Shown here: positions 1 through 9,491 of the stretch, in pieces | Layout of the letters: every line of letters starts with the position of its first letter | Numbering within the stretch: the first letter of the stretch is position 1 | From: Synechocystis sp. PCC 6803 substr. PCC-P | Lineage (GTDB): Bacteria > Cyanobacteriota > Cyanobacteriia > Cyanobacteriales > Microcystaceae | Length of the DNA: 32,000 nt | Direction: 5' to 3' | Assembly: GCF_000284455.1 (NCBI RefSeq) | Contig: NC_017039.1 | Location: 2,520,001 to 2,552,000, forward strand | Notes under the pieces: model-generated | Told to the model about the DNA's origin: nothing | Database searches by the model: none | What the model saw: only the letters and a program-made list of their open reading frames with translations | Translations under genes and position numbers: made by a program

Positions 1-1563
1 TCGTAGTAACTCCGCCAGCACAATGGAGCCTTTAATTTTCTGTTGGGTATAATCAACAATTTCTTTACCCACTGCATCTTGCTCTTTGATGCGGGTACTG
101 TACAGTCTTTCTTTTTCGGCGGTGATGTTAGCTTGTTTGGTTTGGAATAGGTCCCAACGGCGATCGTCAATTAAGCCAATTTCCCTTCCCAGAGGGGTTA
201 ACCTTTGATCGGCATTGTCGGAACGTAAAATTAAGCGGTACTCGGAACGGCTGGTGAGCATCCGGTAGGGTTCCCGCAAATCTTTGGTGCATAAATCATC
301 AATTAATGTACCCAGATAACTTCCCTCCCGGGAGAAGATGATCAATGATTTTCCTTGACAATGACGGGCCGCATTGATCCCCGCCACCAGACCCTGGGCC
401 GCCGCTTCTTCATAGCCAGTGGTGCCGTTAATTTGCCCAGCACAAAATAGTCCTGCCACTTTTTTGGTCATCAAACTGGGATAACACTGGGTAGCCGGTA
501 AAAAGTCGTATTCCACTGCGTAAGCGGGGCGCAACATGACACAATTTTCCAACCCCGGTAGAGTTTGTAGCATGGCCAATTGCACATTTTCCGGTAGCCC
601 CGTGGAAAAACCTTGAATATACAATTCAGGAATGTCTCGACCTTCCGGCTCGATAAAAATTTGGTGACTTTCTTTGTCAGCGAAACGAACAATTTTATCT
701 TCGATGGAAGGACAATAACGGGGCCCCTTAGAGTCAATAAAACCGCCATAAATGGGAGATAAATGGAGATTATCTTTAATTAATTGGTGGGTCTTAGCTG
801 TTGTTCTGGTCAAATAACAATTCATTTGCTCCCGCTCTACCCACACTTCCGGGTCAAAGCTAAACCAACTTACCTGTTCATCTGGGGGTTGGGGCTCTAA
901 TTTGTCATAATCTACCGATCGCCGATCAACCCTGGCCGGAGTTCCCGTTTTTAACCTGCCAGTTTCAAAGCCCAGTTCATTCAAAGTTTCCGTTAGGCCT
1001 ACTGCCGCAAATTCGCCGGCCCGCCCCGCTGGCATGGACTTATTACCAATCCAAATTTTGCCCCCCAGGAAAGTCCCTGTCGTAATCACCACCGACTGGG
1101 CTCCAAAGCAAGCGCCAAAGTAGGTCTGCACACCTTGAATCTCATCATTGTCCCCCAACACCAAATCCGTCACCATCCCTTCCCGAATGGATAGATTAGG
1201 TTGATTTTCAACGATATTTTTCATCACCGCCGCATATTCCCGCTTATCCGTTTGGGCCCGCAATGCCCACACCGCCGGCCCCCGGGAAATATTTAACACC
1301 CGCTTTTGCAGATAGGTACGGTCGGCCATTTTGCCAATTTCCCCCCCCAGTGCATCCACTTCATGGGTTAACTGGGATTTAGCCGGCCCTCCCACTGCAG
1401 GGTTACAGGGTTGCCAAGCAATGCGGTCTAAGTTGAGGGTTAACAGTAGGGTGCGACAGCCCAACCGAGCCGTGGCCAAGGCCGCCTCACAACCCGCATG
1501 GCCTGCCCCCACCACGATGACATCAAATTGGTCTTGGAATTCCACTGGCGATCGAAGGGTCAT
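1..1563 (-). CDS. mnmG: tRNA uridine 5-carboxymethylaminomethyl modification enzyme MnmG/GidA; the 3' end runs off the window start
   Basis: My own reverse-strand translation from ATG 1563-1561 reads [78 protein letters not shown]... It has an FAD-binding GxGxxG motif and the conserved GidA core. The frame is open to position 1, which explains its absence from the ORF track. Confidence 0.93.
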   Translation of the reverse strand, partial: MTLRSPVEFQDQFDVIVVGAGHAGCEAALATARLGCRTLLLTLNLDRIAWQPCNPAVGGPAKSQLTHEVDALGGEIGKMADRTYLQKRVLNISRGPAVWALRAQTDKREYAAVMKNIVENQPNLSIREGMVTDLVLGDNDEIQGVQTYFGACFGAQSVVITTGTFLGGKIWIGNKSMPAGRAGEFAAVGLTETLNELGFETGRLKTGTPARVDRRSVDYDKLEPQPPDEQVSWFSFDPEVWVEREQMNCYLTRTTAKTHQLIKDNLHLSPIYGGFIDSKGPRYCPSIEDKIVRFADKESHQIFIEPEGRDIPELYIQGFSTGLPENVQLAMLQTLPGLENCVMLRPAYAVEYDFLPATQCYPSLMTKKVAGLFCAGQINGTTGYEEAAAQGLVAGINAARHCQGKSLIIFSREGSYLGTLIDDLCTKDLREPYRMLTSRSEYRLILRSDNADQRLTPLGREIGLIDDRRWDLFQTKQANITAEKERLYSTRIKEQDAVGKEIVDYTQQKIKGSIVLAELLR

Positions 1564-1692
1564 GGCGGCGCACTAAAATGGTAGCAGGGCTAAAAACTAT
1601 ATTTTAGTCTTTAGTTCAACTTTTAGAGAATTAAACTGAATTTCAGACAAATATTAACTAATTGACTTGTTATGGCATTATTAGCCTAATTT

Positions 1693-2372
1693 ATGGATCA
1701 TTTATTTTGGATTTATATACTTGTATTTTTTGCTATTATTTTGTTTAGATATTTTCTAATTGCGGGGGGAACCTATGCTTTTTTTTACTCCCCTTGGGGT
1801 CAATCGTTACTTAAGAACCATTTACCCATTAATATTCCCTCTTCGCAATCAATTCGCAAAGATATAAAACTTTCCATAATTTCAGCAATTATTTTTGCCC
1901 TGGCAGGGGCATTTATTTTGTCGAGCTATGGCGGAAAAATGAATCGTTTATACGTCGATCCATACCAACACGGACTTTGGTATCTGGGAATAAGTTACGT
2001 TTTAATTTTGTTCTTACAAGATACCTATTTTTATTTCACCCATCGCCTTTTCCATCATCCGAGATTGTTTTCTTTGTTCCATAAAGGACATCATCTTTCC
2101 CGTTATCCTACCCCCCTCACTTCCTTTGCCTTTGATCTGCCAGAGGCGATCGTGCAATCATTTTTTTTAATTATTGTTGTTTCCCTTATTCCTCTCCATT
2201 TTTTTACTTTATTAGCGATATTAATGACCATGACAATTTGGTCGGTGATTAATCATTTGGGTATCGATCGCCTACCTTTAGCATTTCCTCATCATTGGTT
2301 AGGGAAATACTTTATTGGCACGGCCCATCATTCCCTACATCACCTCAAATACAATGCCAACTATGGGTTGTA
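1693..2372 (+). pseudogene. Fatty acid hydroxylase / sterol desaturase-like membrane protein, 5' portion, cut by ISY100 at TA 2371-2372. The track ORF 1693..2388 reads a few codons into the IS.
   Basis: His boxes HRLFHH, HKGHH and HHSLHH, plus several hydrophobic segments. The reading frame continues after the IS (see 3319..3408). Confidence 0.8.
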
Positions 2373-3318
2373 TAGTAGTTTCAAATAAAGCTGAGACGCT
2401 AAACGCCACAGTAAGAACGGATAATTTCATCAAGAGACGTGTCAATAGGAGCGTACATTCTAGCTCGTTTCAAGGCACTAAAGTCATGCTCAATATCATT
2501 TAAATCAGGAGAATATTTCGGCAAAAAAAGAACTTCATGACCTGCTTCTTTAGCCAATTCTTTAATGGCAGTTTTACGATGAATAGGAGCATTATCCATT
2601 ATTAATATTGATGGAATGTCGAGGGAGGGTAGCAAATATAATTTTAACCATCCTTCAAAGCCTTCTGCATTCAAACTCCCGGTAAAAACCATCGGCGCAA
2701 TCAAATCTTTTTTTCCTTTTCTTCTCCCTGCTACTAGATTTTCTCTGACTCCCCTTTTTCCTTGTCTATCTCCATAAACTTTTTTTCCTTTTTTTGACCA
2801 GGCATAAATACAAGCCTGGATTGCTTCGAATCCAGATTCATCTATGTAAACTATAGCTTGACTACCATAGAGCTTAATTAGTTCTCTTAACATTCTATAG
2901 TACTTAACTCGTTCCTCCCGGTTTCTTTCTCGATAACGTAGTTCTTTTTTTTTCTGTTTATTTTCATTTTCTTTAATGCGTAATATACGGCACTCGGCCT
3001 CACTCCAAATTTCTTGGCTCTGTCTATCAATCTTGCATCGGGATTTTCTTCTACGTCTTTTTTTAGAGCTTCCCAGTCTAATTTCCTATGGCGACGCTCT
3101 ACTTTTGTTGGGCTTAAATCTACTCTATTTAACCATCTGTATATCGAGGCTTTTCCTATTTTATATATCTTGGAAGCCTCAGTTATTTTTCCTCCAGCTT
3201 CTATATAAGCTACTACCCTTTGCCTTAAATCTAAACTGTAAGCCATTGTTTAAACCTGTTCATTTTGTACACTCCATAATTTTACATTAAATTCTCTCAT
3301 CGTTAATTGAAATGACTA
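2373..3318 (-). mobile_element. ISY100 (IS630/Tc1-mariner family) copy 1, 946 bp, flanked by a TA target duplication (2371-2372 and 3319-3320)
   Basis: Nearly identical to the 947-bp copy at 11860..12806 in reverse orientation. The imperfect 24-bp terminal inverted repeats are TAGTCATTTCAATTAACGATGAGA and TAGTAGTTTCAAATAAAGCTGAGA, with 19 of 24 positions matching by my alignment. It is one base shorter than copy 2. Confidence 0.93.
2399..3246 (-). pseudogene. ISY100 transposase split into two ORFs (2887..3246 and 2399..2893) by a 1-nt deletion in a homopolymer
   Basis: The T9 run at 2945-2953 (A9 on the coding strand) corresponds to A10 at 12225-12234 in the intact copy. Apart from one substitution (Thr here, Ile in copy 2, position 3107 vs 12071), the two ORFs reproduce the 282-aa protein. 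Confidence 0.9.
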
Positions 3319-3408
3319 TATTTCACTTTCTGGGATAAAATTTTGGGCACGGAAGATCCCACATACCAAGAAAAGCTTGGACGAAATCAAACAACAAAAG
3401 AGTATTAA
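3319..3408 (+). pseudogene. 3' remnant of the IS-disrupted fatty acid hydroxylase-like gene
   Basis: Joining 2372 to 3321 across the TA duplication gives ...NYGLYFTFWDKILGTEDPTYQEKLGRNQTTKEY, with stop TAA at 3406-3408. The F-x-x-W-D-x-(I/L)-x-G-T tail is typical of this family. Confidence 0.75.
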
Positions 3409-3425
3409 AATACAAACTAATGGAC

Positions 3426-3457
3426 AAAAAAATCGCATCTCGCTTAAAAGATGCGAT
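3426..3457 (-). terminator. Candidate intrinsic terminator downstream of petE
   Basis: 9-bp perfect stem ATCGCATCT (3432-3440) / AGATGCGAT (3449-3457) with an 8-nt loop. On the minus strand it is followed by a T-run (plus-strand A-run 3426-3431). It lies about 195 nt after the petE stop. Confidence 0.5.
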
Positions 3458-3460
3458 CGC
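3453..3460. repeat. HIP1 palindrome GCGATCGC; one example of many dispersed copies
   Basis: Other exact copies I located are at 4333-4340, 6118-6125, 6461-6468, 7504-7511, 10337-10344 and 31273-31280, with many more present. This density is a signature of Synechocystis-type cyanobacterial genomes. Confidence 0.9.
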
Positions 3461-3652
3461 CAAAACGCAGAAGTTTTTCTAAGTAGATGGCTTGGTCAAG
3501 AATCTGTTTTGTAGACTTTCGATCCGTCCTCCTGAACATCTACTCAGCAAGAGAAACATTATTTGCCTTGCCATTGCGAGAAGCTGAGGGAGTTGGAGAC
3601 AGACCCCGTAGCATTAAGCTTAAATCAACGACACACAGATTGAGCTGGCTGA

Positions 3653-4033
3653 TTACTCAACGACAACTTTGCCTACCATGCCAGCACCCCGGTGGGGTTC
3701 ACAGTAGTAGGTGTAGGTGCCGGGCTCAGTGAAGGTGGAGGTGAAGCTTTCACCAGCGGCAAAGGCCAAGCCTTTGTGGGAGAGCTTAGCAGCGGTGTCA
3801 GCATCCACACCATCGGCGGCAAACACAATGTTATGAGGGGAGAGTTTGTTGTTAACCCATTTGACTTCCTCTCCAGCTTTGATGGTGACGGTGCTGGGTT
3901 CAAAAACTAGGGCACCACTGTCAGAACCCATTTTCACTGTTGCATTGGCAGCGGCAGCGGGGCTCACGGATAAAAAGAAACTGGAGACCACCAGCAGAAG
4001 GCCAGCGAGGATTGTTAAAAACTTTTTAGACAT
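3653..4033 (-). CDS. petE: Plastocyanin precursor
   Basis: 126 aa with a signal peptide ending AAA/ANATV and type-1 copper ligand context: PHNIVF, then [17 protein letters not shown] (Cys-x2-His-x4-Met). Confidence 0.97.
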   Translation of the reverse strand: MSKKFLTILAGLLLVVSSFFLSVSPAAAANATVKMGSDSGALVFEPSTVTIKAGEEVKWVNNKLSPHNIVFAADGVDADTAAKLSHKGLAFAAGESFTSTFTEPGTYTYYCEPHRGAGMVGKVVVE

Positions 4034-4172
4034 ACTTCTTGGCGATTGTATCTATAGGGACTTGTGGTTGAACGGGCCGGGGTAACGCCCTACTCCGTGC
4101 CCAAAAAGGCGATCAGGGACGTTTTTCCTTTCTTCTGCCCATGGTATCACAATGTTTGACAGCCCGTCGTAG

Positions 4173-4178
4173 ATTATA
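4173..4178 (-). promoter_or_regulatory. Candidate -10 box (perfect TATAAT on the minus strand) of the petE promoter
   Basis: Plus-strand ATTATA at 4173-4178, about 140 nt upstream of the petE ATG. No consensus -35 lies at 17-bp spacing. Confidence 0.4.
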
Positions 4179-4196
4179 CAGCCTCAGCCCCGGGCG

Positions 4197-4225
4197 GATA
4201 GAACAAGCTCATTTCTCGTTCTATC
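4197..4225. promoter_or_regulatory. Inverted repeat GATAGAAC-N13-GTTCTATC overlapping the -35 region of the candidate petE promoter; possible operator
   Basis: Perfect 8-bp arms at 4197-4204 and 4218-4225, read directly from the sequence. Confidence 0.35.
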
Positions 4226-4458
4226 TGAATAGTACTTTGCCGAAAATGCTTGGTTGTTCTAGCTATATTTACTGAACTTTAGATGGGGATTTTTTGCTAC
4301 CCACGGTAATTGCTGAATTTTCTTTGTTTTTGGCGATCGCCGTCATAAAAATTAGCTTGCTATCCCTTCAATGTAGATGATAATGGGAATAGCCCAGTAG
4401 GCCCAGTGGTGTTTTTTGTGGGCTGAAGTCGCTCCCTGAGTTAGATTGGGCAACCGCT

Positions 4459-5907
4459 ATGAATCCTTGCAAATTTTTTCGTTTAATCATTTTTTCCCGC
4501 CGTCGTTCTGCTGATAACGGTGGTTTTGCCTTGCCGATGGCCATTATGGTTGGCCTAGTGCTAACAGTGATTGGCATTGTGATGATGCAAAGGTCAATGT
4601 TTCAGCAAAATGACTCCACCAGCAAAGCGGCCACCGACCAAGCTCAAAATGCCGCCGAAGCGGGCATTACCAAGATAATCAACTTGATGAATACCCCAGC
4701 CAATCGTTTCATCTCTGCCCTGCCAGATTGTCAAAATTGGGACGCTGGCAGTAACACTTGTACCGATACTGGTAGTACCCCTAGCTGGCACAATCTCCCT
4801 AACTTAGGAAGTTGGACAATTACAACTCCCGGTGCGGCCTGTCAGCCGCCAGCAACCACCACCACCGATATAACGGCAACGGCTAGCAATCGAGCTTGGA
4901 AAACCTTACCCCAGGGTGAATTTCGTTTAGTCAGCTATCAATACACCCCAGACACCGCCAACGGAGGGGCGATCGGTCTTGGCCCCGGCACAGGCACCTT
5001 AGTTGTGGAAGGAGCCATTAACCGTAATGCCGCCAATGAAGCTCGGTCTAGGATAGAGGTAAAAATTCCTATCACCCGTCTTCCCAATGATGCTTCCGTT
5101 TCAAGTTTATGGGTTACGGAAACGGCCACCGGGGACGAAATTGTTTCGGGCAATCAAGACGTATATTCAGACATTATCGTTAATGATTGCGATGCTTCCG
5201 TTGACCCGGCTGATTTTCCTAACAGTGAAGTTGCCATTGGTACCTATGAGGCCATTTATAGTAATGTGCCCCAACCCAATCTCCCGCCCTATCCCACTTG
5301 TCCCGCTTCCAATACCTTTGCCACCATGTCCGGGAGTATGACCTTGCCGAGAAGTACCGACGCTAGTACGACCATAACTCTTAATGATGGCACAAATCTG
5401 CCTGCCTATGTTTACTGCATTGACAAAATAGCTTTGGGTGGAAACGATACGATCAATGTACGAACGATTAACCCCACTTCTGGCGAAAGATTTTTAGTTT
5501 TAATGCATGTTAAAGGTGATATCAATGTGAGTGGGAACACCCATTTAAACCATTCTTGTTCCGGAAGTTGCGCCGACTATAAACCAACGGATTTGAATAT
5601 TTTCGGTTATGGACAATCCGCCCATTCTTCCACGCCGCCACAAATATTGGCTTCTGGAGGAAATAATATTGAAGCTTTCATTTTGGCTCCGGACTATGTT
5701 TATGGGGTTAATGGTGGTGGTAATGATGGTGGGGTAACCGGTTCATTAATTGTCAAAAAAGTAATTAACTCTTCTAGTTCCAACCAGATGATCTTTAGCG
5801 ACATTTCTGGATTAACTTGGGAGGAACTTGTAAGTACCATTGTGGCTCCGCCATCCGCACCAAATCTAAATCCAATTTCTGGTTGGTCAACCAAAGCGAC
5901 TAATTAA
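4459..5907 (+). CDS. Secreted or cell-surface protein with a PilX-N-like (type IV pilus minor pilin / pseudopilin-like) N-terminus
   Basis: N-terminus ...NGGFALPMAIMVGLVLTVIGIVMMQRS...AQNAAEAGITKI: a Gly-Phe-Ala-Leu junction, one hydrophobic helix and an AEAG motif, as in PilX N-terminal domains. The remaining roughly 400 aa are Thr/Asn/Gly-rich and I do not recognise them. Confidence 0.6.
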   Translation: MNPCKFFRLIIFSRRRSADNGGFALPMAIMVGLVLTVIGIVMMQRSMFQQNDSTSKAATDQAQNAAEAGITKIINLMNTPANRFISALPDCQNWDAGSNTCTDTGSTPSWHNLPNLGSWTITTPGAACQPPATTTTDITATASNRAWKTLPQGEFRLVSYQYTPDTANGGAIGLGPGTGTLVVEGAINRNAANEARSRIEVKIPITRLPNDASVSSLWVTETATGDEIVSGNQDVYSDIIVNDCDASVDPADFPNSEVAIGTYEAIYSNVPQPNLPPYPTCPASNTFATMSGSMTLPRSTDASTTITLNDGTNLPAYVYCIDKIALGGNDTINVRTINPTSGERFLVLMHVKGDINVSGNTHLNHSCSGSCADYKPTDLNIFGYGQSAHSSTPPQILASGGNNIEAFILAPDYVYGVNGGGNDGGVTGSLIVKKVINSSSSNQMIFSDISGLTWEELVSTIVAPPSAPNLNPISGWSTKATN

Positions 5908-5985
5908 TTAGTTGTTTTTCTAGAAGTTTTCTTGCTACCTCAGATCCGGATCTGGACTACAAGGGTTTGGGGTGACTTTCCCGCC

Positions 5986-6561
5986 TTAGACTTTAGCTTT
6001 AGCAAATAATTCATTAACCGTAAAGCTTAACTGGGGCAATAAATCATCCTCCACCAGTTGGTCTCCTTGATAGGTAAGGGGCGGGCGGTCGGGGGCAAAA
6101 ATAGTCAAACTACGATGGCGATCGCCAATAATCCAGACCCTTTCTACTCCGGCAGCCAGATAATCCAAAGCCTTTTGGGTCATAGCTTCAAAGGATTGAT
6201 CGGGGGAAATAATTTCCACTACCAATTCCGGGGCCACAGGGCAAAAGTCATTTTCCAGGGCGAAGGGAGTCAATTTTTGGTCAGAAATGTAGGTAACATC
6301 AGGCACCGGGGCCCAATCTTGCCCATCCTTTTGCAGACAAATGCCCCATTCGGGATAGGCTTCGCCAGGCAAGGGACAATCTTGGCTATTTCCCCAATCA
6401 GACAGGAGAAAGAGTAACGTTCTTTGGAGACTGGAATGGATTCTTTTTGGTGACATTTTGGCGATCGCCGTTCCGTCTTGCAATTCGTAGTTAACTTCCC
6501 CTTCCGGTAAACAGGAAAATTCCTCCAGGGTGAGGGGAGGCGGAGTGATGGTTTGACCCAT
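5986..6561 (-). CDS. Uma2-family (DUF820) putative endonuclease
   Basis: PD-(D/E)xK-like core: PVPDVTYI ... PELVVEIISP ... K. This is the typical cyanobacterial Uma2 pattern. I prefer ATG at 6561, because the track start at 6591 is a TTG. Confidence 0.75.
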   Translation of the reverse strand: MGQTITPPPLTLEEFSCLPEGEVNYELQDGTAIAKMSPKRIHSSLQRTLLFLLSDWGNSQDCPLPGEAYPEWGICLQKDGQDWAPVPDVTYISDQKLTPFALENDFCPVAPELVVEIISPDQSFEAMTQKALDYLAAGVERVWIIGDRHRSLTIFAPDRPPLTYQGDQLVEDDLLPQLSFTVNELFAKAKV

Positions 6562-6834
6562 GGCAGTGTCCCTTAAACGATTACCTTTCAAACTAGCAAA
6601 TTCGTTATGGTGAATATTTTGCGGTGATCCTCCCGGGGCGAGGGGGTTGTCGTAATTATGAGAATTACGTTACATTTAGTTAAGATTTTGTTACAAAACT
6701 CCGTTGTCAACAAAATTAATCAATTCCACGGCGTCGGGGAGCTAATCCTCCATGACGGAGTCCAGTCTCCGTTCCACAGTTAACCGATTACACTAAATCC
6801 TACGACCGTCTTAACTTTTAAAGTGAGCTAACAT

Positions 6835-8718
6835 ATGAAATTTTCCTGGAGAACTGCCCTACTTTGGTCCCTACCCCTGTTGGTAGTCGGCTTTTTCTTC
6901 TGGCAGGGGAGCTTTGGAGGGGCAGATGCCAACCTCGGTTCCAACACTGCCAACACCCGCATGACCTATGGTCGCTTCCTCGAATATGTGGATGCTGGCC
7001 GCATCACCAGTGTGGATTTATATGAAAATGGCCGCACGGCGATCGTGCAAGTTAGCGACCCAGAAGTAGACCGGACCCTCCGTTCCCGGGTTGACCTCCC
7101 CACCAATGCCCCGGAATTGATTGCCCGTTTACGGGACTCCAACATTCGCCTTGATTCCCACCCTGTCCGCAACAATGGCATGGTTTGGGGTTTTGTGGGC
7201 AACTTGATTTTCCCCGTGCTTTTGATTGCTTCCCTCTTTTTTCTCTTCCGCCGTTCCAGCAACATGCCTGGGGGCCCCGGCCAAGCCATGAACTTTGGTA
7301 AATCCAAAGCTCGCTTCCAAATGGATGCCAAAACCGGTGTCATGTTCGATGATGTGGCCGGTATTGACGAAGCCAAGGAAGAATTGCAAGAGGTGGTAAC
7401 TTTCCTTAAACAGCCCGAACGCTTTACTGCAGTGGGGGCCAAGATTCCCAAAGGAGTACTCTTAGTGGGCCCTCCCGGTACCGGTAAAACTCTCCTCGCC
7501 AAGGCGATCGCCGGGGAAGCCGGAGTTCCTTTCTTCAGCATTTCTGGTTCCGAGTTCGTAGAAATGTTTGTCGGCGTTGGTGCCTCCCGGGTGCGGGACT
7601 TGTTTAAAAAAGCCAAAGAGAATGCCCCCTGTTTGATCTTCATTGATGAGATTGATGCCGTGGGTCGTCAACGGGGTGCTGGTATCGGTGGTGGTAACGA
7701 TGAACGGGAACAAACCCTCAACCAGCTACTAACCGAGATGGACGGTTTTGAAGGCAATACGGGCATTATTATCATTGCCGCCACTAACCGCCCTGACGTG
7801 CTAGATTCTGCCTTGATGCGTCCCGGTCGTTTCGATCGCCAAGTGATGGTGGATGCCCCTGACTACTCTGGTCGTAAGGAAATTTTAGAAGTCCACGCCC
7901 GCAATAAAAAGTTAGCACCGGAAGTTTCCATCGACTCCATTGCCCGCCGTACTCCCGGTTTTAGTGGGGCTGACTTGGCCAATTTATTGAATGAAGCCGC
8001 CATTCTCACCGCCCGCCGTCGTAAATCCGCTATCACTCTGTTGGAAATTGATGATGCCGTGGACCGGGTGGTAGCTGGTATGGAAGGCACCCCCTTGGTG
8101 GACAGCAAAAGTAAGCGGCTAATTGCTTATCACGAAGTAGGCCACGCCATTGTGGGCACATTGTTAAAAGACCATGATCCCGTGCAAAAAGTCACCCTTA
8201 TTCCTCGGGGCCAAGCCCAAGGTTTGACCTGGTTCACTCCCAACGAAGAACAGGGTTTAACCACCAAAGCCCAACTGATGGCCCGTATTGCTGGAGCAAT
8301 GGGCGGTCGAGCCGCTGAAGAGGAAGTTTTTGGCGATGACGAAGTAACCACTGGGGCTGGTGGTGACCTACAACAGGTAACTGAGATGGCTCGCCAGATG
8401 GTAACTCGTTTTGGCATGAGCAACCTTGGTCCCATTTCCCTGGAGAGTTCAGGTGGGGAAGTATTCCTGGGTGGTGGCTTGATGAACCGTTCTGAATACT
8501 CCGAAGAAGTAGCCACCCGCATTGATGCCCAAGTACGGCAATTGGCTGAACAGGGTCACCAAATGGCTCGCAAAATCGTCCAAGAACAACGGGAAGTGGT
8601 TGATCGCCTGGTGGATCTTTTAATTGAGAAAGAAACCATTGATGGGGAAGAATTTCGGCAAATTGTGGCGGAATACGCCGAGGTTCCCGTCAAGGAACAG
8701 TTAATTCCCCAACTATAA
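6835..8718 (+). CDS. ftsH: ATP-dependent zinc metalloprotease FtsH (the thylakoid FtsH2-type copy, from memory)
   Basis: 627 aa with two N-terminal TM segments, Walker A GPPGTGKT, Walker B LIFIDEID, an SRH region and the zinc site HEVGHAI. Confidence 0.97.
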   Translation: MKFSWRTALLWSLPLLVVGFFFWQGSFGGADANLGSNTANTRMTYGRFLEYVDAGRITSVDLYENGRTAIVQVSDPEVDRTLRSRVDLPTNAPELIARLRDSNIRLDSHPVRNNGMVWGFVGNLIFPVLLIASLFFLFRRSSNMPGGPGQAMNFGKSKARFQMDAKTGVMFDDVAGIDEAKEELQEVVTFLKQPERFTAVGAKIPKGVLLVGPPGTGKTLLAKAIAGEAGVPFFSISGSEFVEMFVGVGASRVRDLFKKAKENAPCLIFIDEIDAVGRQRGAGIGGGNDEREQTLNQLLTEMDGFEGNTGIIIIAATNRPDVLDSALMRPGRFDRQVMVDAPDYSGRKEILEVHARNKKLAPEVSIDSIARRTPGFSGADLANLLNEAAILTARRRKSAITLLEIDDAVDRVVAGMEGTPLVDSKSKRLIAYHEVGHAIVGTLLKDHDPVQKVTLIPRGQAQGLTWFTPNEEQGLTTKAQLMARIAGAMGGRAAEEEVFGDDEVTTGAGGDLQQVTEMARQMVTRFGMSNLGPISLESSGGEVFLGGGLMNRSEYSEEVATRIDAQVRQLAEQGHQMARKIVQEQREVVDRLVDLLIEKETIDGEEFRQIVAEYAEVPVKEQLIPQL

Positions 8719-8754
8719 AAATTCCCTTCTCCAACCAATTTAGTATGGTCAGCA

Positions 8755-8786
8755 AGGCCCTGATTCTTCGGAACAGGGCTTTTTTC
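8755..8786 (+). terminator. Intrinsic terminator of ftsH
   Basis: AGGCCCTG (8755-8762) pairs with CAGGGCTT (8774-8781). An inner TTC/GAA extension closes a TTCG tetraloop. A T-run runs through 8785. Confidence 0.7.
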
Positions 8787-8793
8787 TTGCGTT

Positions 8794-9438
8794 CTATTCT
8801 TCTGTGCCTAAAACATCTTTCAAGGCGGTGCGGGCGGCGAGGTGGTTGCGGGTGGACATGAGAATTTCCGCTTCCCTTTGTAATCTTTCAGCAGTGTCCT
8901 GCAATTCCAACAAACTTTGTTGTTCACTGGCAACGCCATAAAGATTGCCTGCGACCCAATAGGACAATTCCACCGGCAACACGGGCAAATCATCGGGTAA
9001 TTCCAAGTTCTGATCCGTCAACTTGGCCGACAGGCTAACTACGTCATGCAACAGGCGATCAACTTCCTTGGCCAAGCCATGGAGATCCTGCCCCGTGTAT
9101 TTGTCGTCAATCCATTCCACTAGACCGACTCGGTAGGGCTTTTCCCGCACATATTCCAGCACCCGAAACCGTTGTTGCCCCAGAGTTAAAACCTTCATCC
9201 GGTCATCGGGTAACCTTTGGTAGCGCAATACTTCTGCACAGCAACCCACGTCGGAAATTTCCCCTGTGCTGGGATCAATCATCAACACCCCAAAACGGCG
9301 ATCGTCTTCCAAGATGGTGTTCATCATCATCCGATAGCGGTACTCGAAAATGTGCAAGGGCAGGGGTCGCCCAGGGAAAAGCACAACTTCAGGCAGTGGA
9401 AAAAGAGGAAGTTCCCTAATTGCAACGGAGGATGCCAT
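8794..9438 (-). CDS. Lon N-terminal (LON substrate-binding) domain-only protein
   Basis: LPLFPLPEVVLFPGRPLPLHIFEYRYRMM is the canonical start of the LON N domain. At 214 aa the protein has no AAA+ or protease domain. Confidence 0.85.
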   Translation of the reverse strand: MASSVAIRELPLFPLPEVVLFPGRPLPLHIFEYRYRMMMNTILEDDRRFGVLMIDPSTGEISDVGCCAEVLRYQRLPDDRMKVLTLGQQRFRVLEYVREKPYRVGLVEWIDDKYTGQDLHGLAKEVDRLLHDVVSLSAKLTDQNLELPDDLPVLPVELSYWVAGNLYGVASEQQSLLELQDTAERLQREAEILMSTRNHLAARTALKDVLGTEE

Positions 9439-9491
9439 CTTAATGTTTCGTAATGTTAAGCAACGTACTTCAAATGATAAAGGATTGGGGA

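Noticed and set aside
1331-1576. An 81-aa plus-strand ORF near the mnmG start
   Set aside because: It is antisense within the MnmG N-terminal coding region. This is a shadow-frame artefact.
2976-3290. Identical 104-aa ORFs (also at 11888..12202) that seem conserved between two loci
   Set aside because: The identity exists only because both lie antisense inside duplicated ISY100 copies. The Leu/Phe-rich translation has no features supporting a real gene.
4368-4577. A 69-aa minus-strand ORF in the petE / PilX-like intergenic region
   Set aside because: It overlaps the start of the PilX-like gene in antisense and has no RBS or motif support.
5941-5954. The palindrome CAGATCCGGATCTG between the convergent PilX-like and Uma2 genes, as a bidirectional terminator
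   Set aside because: The stem has no loop and neither side has a U-tract. It may be a protein site or chance, and support is too weak to call.
6651-6669. The hairpin CGTAATT-ATGAG-AATTACG in the ftsH upstream region, as a regulatory RNA element
   Set aside because: It is a short AT-rich stem of low predicted stability. I have no evidence on conservation or on its position relative to a TSS.
6966-7643. A 225-aa ORF, with other ORFs of 80-130 aa, antisense to ftsH
   Set aside because: It lies entirely inside the very high-confidence FtsH coding region. Its Ser/Arg/Pro/Thr-rich, low-complexity translation is typical of the shadow frame of a GC-biased gene.
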